The notes under the pieces are model-generated. The model searched no databases, had not been told where the DNA came from, and saw nothing but the letters and a program-made list of their open reading frames with translations. Shown here piece by piece: positions 56,798 to 64,000 of a stretch of DNA of 64,000 bases. The stretch's first letter is position 1. Each line of letters opens with the position of its first letter. Location of the stretch: assembly GCA_965116535.1 (NCBI GenBank), contig OZ220703.1, positions 2,385,464 to 2,449,463 of the forward strand, written 5' to 3'. Source of the DNA: Acidimicrobiales bacterium. Lineage in GTDB: Bacteria; Actinomycetota; Acidimicrobiia; Acidimicrobiales; Bin134. Both the position numbers and the translations under genes were made by a program.

Positions 56798-58501
56798 CTA
56801 CTTCCCGCGCTGGCGCTTTTGGATGCGGGCCCACTCGTCTCTGAGGCCGACGGTGCGGTGGAAGAGGTCGGGGGTCTCGGGGTCGCGGGCGAAGTAGCCG
56901 AGGCGCTCGAACTGGACCACCTGGCCGGGGGCGATGTCGGCCATGGCCGGCTCGAACTTGGCTCCCTCGATGAGCTTGGCCGAGTCGGGGTCGAGCGAGT
57001 CCATGGGGTCGGATCCGTCGGCACCGGGGTAGGGGTCAGAGAACAGGCGCTCGTAGAGCACGGCCTTACCGTCCACAGCCTGGGTGGCCGAAACCCAGTG
57101 GATGGTGGCCTTTACCTTGCGGCCGTCGGGGGCCTTACCGGAGCCGGTTTCGGGGTCGTAGGTGCAGCGCACCTCAGTGGCGTTGCCTTCGGCGTCGGTG
57201 TCGACGCCGGTGCAGGTCACGAAGTAGCCCGACCGAAGCCTCACCTCCCGGCCCGGGGCCAGCCGGTAGAACTTGGGGGGCGGGTCGAGCATGAAATCGT
57301 CCCGCTCGATGTAGAGCTCTCTTGAGAACGGCACCTGCCTGGCGCCCGCGGAGGGGTCCTCGGGATTGTTGCCCGCCTCCCGCATCTCCACTTGGCCCTC
57401 GGGGTAGTTCTCGATCACCAGGCGCAGCGGGTTGAGCACCGCCATCCGGCGCTGAGCGGTCTCGTTTAGCTCACGACGCACGAACGACTCCAGCAGCTCC
57501 ACCTCTACGGTGCCATCCACCCGGGCCACACCGATGTGGCGGCAGAACTCCCGTATGGCCTGGGGTGGGAAGCCGCGGCGTCGCAAGCCTCGCAAAGTGG
57601 GCATGCGGGGGTCGTCCCAGCCGTGCACATGGCCATCGCCCACCAACTGCAACATGCGGCGTTTGGACAACACCGCGTGGGTGACGTTCAAGCGGGCGAA
57701 CTCGGTTTGGCGGGGGCGGTCGCCGGGAAGGTCGAGATGGTCCAAGAACCAGTCGTACAGGGGGCGGTGGGCGTCGAACTCCAGTGTGCAGATGGAGTTG
57801 GTCACCCCCTCCACCGCATCGCTCTGGCCGTGGGCCCAGTCGTAGGTGGGATAGATACACCACCGGTCGCCGGTGCGGTGGTGGCTGGCGTGGCGAATCC
57901 GGTATAGCACCGGGTCGCGCATCAGCATGTTCTCATGGGCCATGTCGATGCGGGCCCGCAGCACCCGCTCGCCATCGCCGAACTCGCCGGCTGCCATCCG
58001 CTGGAACAAATCGAGGTTTTCTTCAGGGGTGCGATTGCGCCACGGGCTGTTGGTGCCCGGTTCGGTGAAGCTGCCCCGGTTCTCGGAAATGGCCTCGACG
58101 TCCTGGTCGTCTACATAGGCCAACCCGGCCCGGATCAAGTCTTCGGCCCACTGGTAGAGCTGCTCGAAGTAGTCGGAGGCGTACAGGGTGCCCCGGTCAG
58201 ACTCGTAGCCCAGCCAGGCGATGTCCTCCTCGATGGCGGCCACGAAGTCGGCCCGCTCCGTCTCGGGGTTGGTGTCGTCGAACCGCAAGTTGCAGGTGCC
58301 GTCGAACTCGGCGGCCAGATCGAAGTTCAAACAGATCGACTTGGCGTGGCCGATGTGGAGATAGCCGTTGGGCTCGGGCGGGAACCGGGTCTGCACCCGA
58401 CCGCCGTAGGTGCCCTCCGCGATGTCCTGGCGGATCAGGTTGCGGATGAAGTCGCTGCGCTCGCCGGGCTCATCTCCTCCCGGGTTCCCGGCATTGCTCA
58501 T
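56798..58501 (-). CDS. glnS: glutamine--tRNA ligase
   Basis: ATG at 58501. TRFPPEPNGYLHIGHAKSICLNF...CNLRFDDTNP closely follows the E. coli GlnRS pattern. Confidence 0.85.
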   Translation of the reverse strand: MSNAGNPGGDEPGERSDFIRNLIRQDIAEGTYGGRVQTRFPPEPNGYLHIGHAKSICLNFDLAAEFDGTCNLRFDDTNPETERADFVAAIEEDIAWLGYESDRGTLYASDYFEQLYQWAEDLIRAGLAYVDDQDVEAISENRGSFTEPGTNSPWRNRTPEENLDLFQRMAAGEFGDGERVLRARIDMAHENMLMRDPVLYRIRHASHHRTGDRWCIYPTYDWAHGQSDAVEGVTNSICTLEFDAHRPLYDWFLDHLDLPGDRPRQTEFARLNVTHAVLSKRRMLQLVGDGHVHGWDDPRMPTLRGLRRRGFPPQAIREFCRHIGVARVDGTVEVELLESFVRRELNETAQRRMAVLNPLRLVIENYPEGQVEMREAGNNPEDPSAGARQVPFSRELYIERDDFMLDPPPKFYRLAPGREVRLRSGYFVTCTGVDTDAEGNATEVRCTYDPETGSGKAPDGRKVKATIHWVSATQAVDGKAVLYERLFSDPYPGADGSDPMDSLDPDSAKLIEGAKFEPAMADIAPGQVVQFERLGYFARDPETPDLFHRTVGLRDEWARIQKRQRGK

Positions 58502-58572
58502 GTCCACCATCCTTGACCGATTTTGGGCCGACCGGCAACGCATTATGCGCTCGGATGGCGCGAGACTGGTGC

Positions 58573-59715
58573 ATGGCCTATTCGATCATCGATGTCGACA
58601 CCCACATAACCGAGCCGGCCGACACCTGGACCAGCCGGGTGTCCGCCCGCCACCGCGACCGCGTTCCCCGGGTGGAGGTGGCCGAGGGCCGGGAGGTGTG
58701 GCTGCTGGGTGACGAGCGCATCGGCGCAGTGGGTCCGACGGCCCCCGCCGGGTGGAAGAACCCCATGCCCGACTCCCCGGCCGGCTATGCCGAGGTGCAT
58801 CCTGCGGCCTACGACGCCCAGGCCCGCCTGGAGCTAATGGACCAGCGCGGGGTGTGGGCCGAGGTGCTGTACCCCAACGTGGGAGGGTTTGGCGCCCAGA
58901 AGTTCTTGTCTATCGAAGACGCCGAGCTCAAGTACGAGTGCGTCCGGGCCTACAACGACTTCCTCTCGGAGTGGTGCAGCGCCGATGACCAGCGGCTCAT
59001 CCCGTCGATGGCCACGCCGTTTTGGGATGTGGACAATGCGGTGGCTGAGGTGCAGCGGTGCGCGGCGAAGGGCTACCGGTCGGTGAACTTCACCGGCGAA
59101 CCCCAGGTGTTCGGCCTGCCCTATCTGGGCGAGTCCCACTGGGATCCGTTCTGGTCGGCGGTGTGCGACTGCGACATGGTGGTGTCGTTCCACATCGGCA
59201 GCGGCGAGTTCAATTGGGACCGTACTCGGGTGGAGCGGCGGGGCTTCGCCGAGGCATACGCCCTGCAATCGGTGGATCTGTTCACCAAGAACGGCATCCA
59301 GGTATGCGACCTGCTGCTGTCAGGAGTGCTCCCCCGCTTCCCCAAGCTGAAGGTGGTGTCGGTGGAGTCGGGCATCGGCTGGTTGCCCTTCATGCTCGAG
59401 GCGGTCGACAACCAGTTCGTCGAAGGCGGCGGCATGAATGATCGGCCGGAGTTCGACAGGCTGCCTAGCGAGTACTTCACCGGGCAGGTGTTCACCACGT
59501 TCTGGTTCGAGGAGTCCGCACCGCAAGACATGCTGGGCGGCCGCATCCCGCTCGACAACGTGTTGTTCGAGACTGACTTCCCCCACCCCACCTGCCTTTA
59601 CGACAATGTGGAGGAGAAGATCGCCGCCAGCATCGGCCACCTCTCTCCCGAGGCTCAGCGCCAGCTCCTGTGGGGCAACGCCGAGAAGCTGTACCGGGTC
59701 GAGGCGCCCGCCTAG
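58573..59715 (+). CDS. amidohydrolase-2 family hydrolase
   Basis: ATG at 58573 gives MAYSIIDVDTHITEPADTW..., an amidohydrolase_2 pattern. Confidence 0.7.
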   Translation: MAYSIIDVDTHITEPADTWTSRVSARHRDRVPRVEVAEGREVWLLGDERIGAVGPTAPAGWKNPMPDSPAGYAEVHPAAYDAQARLELMDQRGVWAEVLYPNVGGFGAQKFLSIEDAELKYECVRAYNDFLSEWCSADDQRLIPSMATPFWDVDNAVAEVQRCAAKGYRSVNFTGEPQVFGLPYLGESHWDPFWSAVCDCDMVVSFHIGSGEFNWDRTRVERRGFAEAYALQSVDLFTKNGIQVCDLLLSGVLPRFPKLKVVSVESGIGWLPFMLEAVDNQFVEGGGMNDRPEFDRLPSEYFTGQVFTTFWFEESAPQDMLGGRIPLDNVLFETDFPHPTCLYDNVEEKIAASIGHLSPEAQRQLLWGNAEKLYRVEAPA

Positions 59716-59726
59716 GGGTAACGTCA

Positions 59727-59823
59727 CCATCCTCCGGCGGGGTGGCGGGTCCTGTCCCGGCCCAGCCCGCCGTCCTCGATGAACTCCGGGCGGCGGGCGC
59801 CCTGAGCCGGGCCACCCCCCACC
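59727..59823. repeat. REP-like structured GC-rich intergenic element (full copy)
   Basis: Near-identical core to 44826-44911. An imperfect hairpin of about 16 bp spans 59756-59811. Confidence 0.85.
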
Positions 59824-59911
59824 CCGCCTTGTTGTTGGGCTCGACCCGCTGCCCTCTCGTTGCACACTCGACCCTCTTGCACCTCCTCTTGTTGCAGGGA
59901 TATAGGTAACA

Positions 59912-61357
59912 ATGTCGGCCATGAGTGAGCAGTGGGATCGACAGGCTGATGTAGTGGTCTTGGGGATGGGGGCGGCGGGGTGCGCTGCTGCTATCGCCGC
60001 GGCCGATGAGGGGGCGTCGGTCATCTTGTTGGAGAAGATGCCCGAGGGCCGCGAGGGCGGCAACACCCGCATCTCCGGGGGTATTTGGTACAACAGCCTT
60101 GACCGCGACGGGATGGCCACCTACCTGCGGTCGCTGTGTGGGCCGTACACGCTGCCCGAAGAGATCATCGAAGTGTGGGCAGACGAGACCTACAAGAACA
60201 CCGAGTGGTTGGAGAGCTTAGGGGTAACCCCCGGCGTCCACGCCGACTACAAGCCCGAGTACCCCGAACTGCCTGGGGCGGAGTTCTACGGCGGCTACCT
60301 AGGGGTCAATGGAGAGATGGGCCAGCAACTCTTGTGGAAGGCCCTCTCGGCGGTTGTGCGTGATCGGGGGGTAGAGGTGCTGCTGGACAGCCCGGCCAAT
60401 GAGCTGGTGACCGACGATGACGGCGCGGTGGTCGGAGTGGCGGCCACCTCGGGAGGCCAACCCCTGCGAGTGGGCGCCCGTCGGGGCGTGGTATTGGCCA
60501 CCGGCGGCTTTGAGAACAACCCGGACATGGTGCGGGACTACTTGCAGCTCCCCGGCTCTCCGGTGTGGGGTTCGCCGGCCGGTACTGGCGACGGCATCAA
60601 GATGGCCCAGAAGGTGGGGGCCGATCTGTGGCACATGGACAACATGATGGCCGCCCTCGGCTTTGCCGCCGAGGGGTTCGAGGCCGGTATGTACGTGATG
60701 TTCATCTACTCCATGGGGTTCATCTGCGTGGGCAACGACGGCCGTCGGTCCCACAACGAGATGCCGCCCCAAGGCCACGGCCACGCCCTGATCGATGGCG
60801 ACTACGAGCTGTTCCAGCGGCGGCCCGTGCATGTGATCTTCGACGAGGCCACCCGGCGGGCCGGGCCCATCTCACCGCCGCGGGAAATATTGCCGGTGGG
60901 TTGGAATCTCCTCATGGAGGGCTACGACTGGAGCCCCGACAACTCAGCCGAAATCGAGAAGGGCTGGATCCAACAGGCCAACACTCCCGCTGAACTGGCC
61001 GCAATCCTGGGGATCGACCCCGACGGATTGGATGCTGCGGTGGCCTCATGGAACGACGCCTGCACGGCCGGACACGATCCGCTGGGCCGCCCTGCGGCCA
61101 CCCTCGCCCCGCTGGCCACGCCCCCCTACTACGGGTTCACCTCGGCCCCGCTGCTGGGCTGGACCAACGGCGGCCCCCGCCGCAACGAGAAGGCCCAAGT
61201 GCTCGATCCCTTCGGCGAGGCCATCGGCCGCCTCTACGCCGCCGGCACGGTCAGCTCCACCTACAGCCGCTGTAAAGACGGCGGCTTCCACATCGGCGAC
61301 GCCCTTGCCTTCGGCCGGGTGGCCGGCCGCAACGCCGCCGCGGAGGCGCCTCAATAG
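59912..61357 (+). CDS. FAD-dependent oxidoreductase (FAD_binding_2; KstD / fumarate-reductase flavoprotein-like)
   Basis: 481 aa with the dinucleotide motif DVVVLGMGAAGCAAA and VLATGGFENN. Confidence 0.8.
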   Translation: MSAMSEQWDRQADVVVLGMGAAGCAAAIAAADEGASVILLEKMPEGREGGNTRISGGIWYNSLDRDGMATYLRSLCGPYTLPEEIIEVWADETYKNTEWLESLGVTPGVHADYKPEYPELPGAEFYGGYLGVNGEMGQQLLWKALSAVVRDRGVEVLLDSPANELVTDDDGAVVGVAATSGGQPLRVGARRGVVLATGGFENNPDMVRDYLQLPGSPVWGSPAGTGDGIKMAQKVGADLWHMDNMMAALGFAAEGFEAGMYVMFIYSMGFICVGNDGRRSHNEMPPQGHGHALIDGDYELFQRRPVHVIFDEATRRAGPISPPREILPVGWNLLMEGYDWSPDNSAEIEKGWIQQANTPAELAAILGIDPDGLDAAVASWNDACTAGHDPLGRPAATLAPLATPPYYGFTSAPLLGWTNGGPRRNEKAQVLDPFGEAIGRLYAAGTVSSTYSRCKDGGFHIGDALAFGRVAGRNAAAEAPQ

Positions 61358-61758
61358 GCCCAGGAGCGCCAGGCCGCGATGTCTAAGGCGATGACCGGGC
61401 CGGGAGGGCGAGTGTCTTGGTATTGGGGGTATTTGTCGGCCAGCAGGTCGAGGGCGTGGTCGCGCTCGTCGCCATCGACTAGCACTCGGGCGGTGCCGTC
61501 CACCCGGATCCACCACAGCTGCGACCAGTCGTCGTCATAGCAGTCGACCAGCAGGCAGGCCGCGGGGTTGGCAGCCAGGTTGTCCAGGCGGCGCAGGGCC
61601 AGGGTGGACTTGGGTTTGGCGTCTACCGCCGAATACACCACATCGCCCTTGAGGAAGAAGCAGCACGGCACCGCATGGGGCTGGCGTTCCTCGGTGACGG
61701 TGCAGAGCACGCCGGAGCGGGCCTCCCCCACCCGTCGCCGCATCTCCCCGCTGTCCAT
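61351..61758 (-). CDS. PPOX-class (pyridoxamine 5'-phosphate oxidase-like) probable F420-dependent enzyme
   Basis: 135 aa with a split-barrel pattern (GVLCTVTEERQPHAVPCCF). Confidence 0.6.
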   Translation of the reverse strand: MDSGEMRRRVGEARSGVLCTVTEERQPHAVPCCFFLKGDVVYSAVDAKPKSTLALRRLDNLAANPAACLLVDCYDDDWSQLWWIRVDGTARVLVDGDERDHALDLLADKYPQYQDTRPPGPVIALDIAAWRSWAY

Positions 61759-61848
61759 CCCTGCACTCTAGGAACCCGGCAGAAGCCACGGGGAACGAAG
61801 TGCTTTCTGAATGAGCAGCGCCAAGAGGTGCAAGACAAGTAGAACACT

Positions 61849-62739
61849 GTGGTGGTCCGCCTGGCCCGATCGGAGTCGTTCGCCCCCGAGCCGCTGTTCA
61901 TGGTGGGGGCGGTTTCGCAATATTTGGGCGCGGCGGTGGCCGTGCATTTGTTCGACGAGATTGCCCCCGCGGGAGTGGCGCTGGTGAGGGTGCTGGGGGC
62001 GGCGATGATGATCATCGTGCTGCGCCGCTCATGGCAGCGTCGGTGGAAGGCTAGCGACCTGGCGTGGGCCTCGGCCTTCGGGATGGCGCTGGCGGCTATG
62101 AACCTGTCGATATACCTGTCTATTGACGAGTTGCCGCTGGGCAATGCGGTGGCCATCGAGTTCACTGGCCCGATCCTGGTGGCTGCCGTGGGCACCCGCA
62201 CCCTTCGCTCTGGGTCTGCGCTGTTGTTGGCGGCGGGGGGCGTGGTGGTGCTGGCCGGGGTTGAGGCCGAGGGCACCATGCGGGGGGTGGGATTCGCCCT
62301 TTTGGCCGGAATGTTCTGGGCCGGATACATCGTGCTCGGCCACCGGGTGGCCCGGGGACCGGCGGCGGTGGACGGGTTGGGCCTGGGAATGCTGGCTGGT
62401 GCAGCGGCCATCAGTGCATTCGGCGCACCTGAGTTGGGGCCGGCCTTCGATTCCCCGTTGCTGCTGCTGTTGGCCCTGGTCACCGGGCTGCTGTCCAACG
62501 TGGTCCCCTACTGGATCGACCAGTTGGTGATGATGCGCATTACCCAACACCGCTTTGCCCTATTGCAAGCGCTGCTCCCAGCCACGGCGGTGCTGGTGGG
62601 TTTGGCCGTGCTGATTCAGGTGCCCAGCGTTCGAGAACTGCTTGGCATTGCCTTGGTGATCGCCGCTATCTTGCTCAGCCGTTCCGTGAAGGGACCCGGC
62701 GGCTCTGCGGCTGGGAAGGGCGGACGGGCGACGGATTAG
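61849..62739 (+). CDS. EamA/DMT family transporter (RhtA-like)
   Basis: 296 aa with 10 predicted TM segments and two EamA halves. Confidence 0.8.
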   Translation: MVVRLARSESFAPEPLFMVGAVSQYLGAAVAVHLFDEIAPAGVALVRVLGAAMMIIVLRRSWQRRWKASDLAWASAFGMALAAMNLSIYLSIDELPLGNAVAIEFTGPILVAAVGTRTLRSGSALLLAAGGVVVLAGVEAEGTMRGVGFALLAGMFWAGYIVLGHRVARGPAAVDGLGLGMLAGAAAISAFGAPELGPAFDSPLLLLLALVTGLLSNVVPYWIDQLVMMRITQHRFALLQALLPATAVLVGLAVLIQVPSVRELLGIALVIAAILLSRSVKGPGGSAAGKGGRATD

Positions 62740-62797
62740 TCGAGATTGATCGCGAGATCGATCTCCCCATTCAGTCTGGACACCCAAAAGGCCCAAT

Positions 62798-63214
62798 ATG
62801 CGCCCCCTACGCCTGTTCGGTTTCATGGCCCTGTTTGCGCTCATCTCTATAGCCGCCGAGGACCGTATCGACAGCTCCGACGTCCACGATGTGGAGCAGT
62901 GGCGGCCCTTGGTGGCCGAGATTTTCCCGGCCGACGAAGTGGACGACGTTCTCTCAGTGATGACTTGTGAATCTCACGGCAATCCCAACGCCCGCTACAT
63001 GGAGGAGTGGGGCCTGGAATCGGTGGGGCTCATGCAGATCAACGAGGGCTGGCTTACCGGTTGGAGCCGGCCAGAATGGTCGATTCTCTCCCACAACGGG
63101 CAACCGGTGGACCTGACCGATCCGGCGACCAACTTGCAAGCGGCCAAATTCGTCCGGTTCTTTGAAGACACCACCGGCCTAGATCCCTGGTCGCAGTGGG
63201 CTTGCCAGCCATAG
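62798..63214 (+). CDS. secreted lysozyme-like / SLT-type transglycosylase
   Basis: 138 aa with a signal peptide, then VMTCESHGNPNA...GLMQIN, consistent with a catalytic Glu context. Confidence 0.65.
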   Translation: MRPLRLFGFMALFALISIAAEDRIDSSDVHDVEQWRPLVAEIFPADEVDDVLSVMTCESHGNPNARYMEEWGLESVGLMQINEGWLTGWSRPEWSILSHNGQPVDLTDPATNLQAAKFVRFFEDTTGLDPWSQWACQP

Positions 63215-63309
63215 GCGGGGCTTGAGCCAGCACCCTGCGGTGCTGTGGCGATGAGCATCGGGGGGTGCTGTCAATGGCGGGAATTGGCCCCGGCAAGTAG
63301 AACTCGGAG

Positions 63310-64000
63310 GTGGCCCGCCTGCCTCGGCCAGAGTCCATCGCCCCCGAACCGCTGTACATGGTGGGCGCGGTTTCGCAGTATGTGGGCGTCGCGATAGCGG
63401 TGAACCTGTTCGACGACATCTCCCCAGAGGGAGTGGCGCTGCTACGGGTGCTGGGCGGTGCGGTGATGATCATCCTGCTTCGCCGGGCTTGGCAGCGCCG
63501 CTGGAAGGCCCGCGACTTGGCCTGGGCTGCGGCCTTCGGCTCCTCGCTGGCGGCCATGAACCTGACGATTTACCTGTCCTTCGACTACCTGCCCATCGGC
63601 AACACAATTGCCATCGGGTTCACCGGTCCCATCTTGGTGGCGGCAGTGGGAACCCGCACCCTTCGCACCGCGGCCGCTCTGCCGCTGGCCGCAGGCGGCG
63701 TGGTGGTGCTGGCCGGGGTCGAGGCCGAGGGCACCATGCGGGGGGTGGCGTTCGCCCTGTTGTCGGCGGTGTTTTGGGCGGGCTACGTGGTACTGGGCCA
63801 CCGGGTGGCCCACGGCCCGGTGGCAGTAGACGGGCTGGGGATCGGGATGCTGGTCGGCGCCGCTGCAATCAGCGCTTTTGGGGCGTCGGATGTGGCGGGG
63901 GCGCTGGACTCACCGGTGCTCATGATCTTGGGCCTCACCACCGGGTTGTTGTCCAACGTGATCCCCTACTGGATCGACCAACTGGTGATGAAGCGAATCA
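63310..64000 (+). CDS. EamA/DMT family transporter, paralog of 61849..62739 (3' end off window)
   Basis: Not in the ORF track because there is no stop in the window. The GTG at 63310 gives VARLPRPESIAPEPLYMVGAVSQYVG..., collinear with the first copy at DNA level, including about 10 bp upstream (caagtagaac). Confidence 0.75.
   Translation, partial: MARLPRPESIAPEPLYMVGAVSQYVGVAIAVNLFDDISPEGVALLRVLGGAVMIILLRRAWQRRWKARDLAWAAAFGSSLAAMNLTIYLSFDYLPIGNTIAIGFTGPILVAAVGTRTLRTAAALPLAAGGVVVLAGVEAEGTMRGVAFALLSAVFWAGYVVLGHRVAHGPVAVDGLGIGMLVGAAAISAFGASDVAGALDSPVLMILGLTTGLLSNVIPYWIDQLVMKRI

Overview
High-GC actinobacterial chromosome segment. The lineage call rests on mycothiol ligase mshC, the pgsA/acyltransferase/pimA phosphatidylinositol-mannoside genes and several F420-type enzymes; an Acidimicrobiia-like origin is only an inference. 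About 65 genes are tightly packed. High GC produces many long shadow ORFs in the six-frame track, and I rejected those. The left 24 kb is a conserved housekeeping block: hisS, relA, apt, secF, secD, yajC, tgt, queA, ruvCAB, yebC, pdxT, pdxS, pimA, acyltransferase, pgsA, thrS, HIT, mshC. Two VapBC-type toxin-antitoxin pairs are inserted in it. It is collinear with the M. tuberculosis hisS-thrS region except for two local inversions, ruvCAB and thrS-HIT. The right 40 kb is more accessory. It holds a MarR gene plus a heterodimeric ABC exporter, a small A/T-richer island, and a sulfate-ester locus with a NitT/TauT-type ABC importer and three cytoplasmic sulfatases. It also holds amidohydrolases, crotonases, a third VapBC pair, glnS, and an EamA-SLT-EamA duplication. 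The items most worth a second look are these. (1) A selenoprotein gene of the UGSC type, 52107-52640 on the minus strand, is split in the ORF track by an in-frame TGA. It has a stem-loop just downstream and is translationally coupled to an uncharacterised 348-aa protein and a thiamine pyrophosphokinase. (2) A non-canonical tRNA(Ala)-like cloverleaf at 20440-20515 (minus strand) is packed against two strong hairpins at the thrS inversion breakpoint. (3) The island at 34.37-36.8 kb carries an orphan SPPY-type DNA methyltransferase with an extra C-terminal domain. It is bracketed by two single-pass membrane proteins built from near-perfect in-frame tandem repeats of 54 bp and 42 bp. (4) A structured GC-rich REP-like intergenic repeat family has four copies in the window. 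No rRNA, CRISPR array, integrase or transposase was seen.
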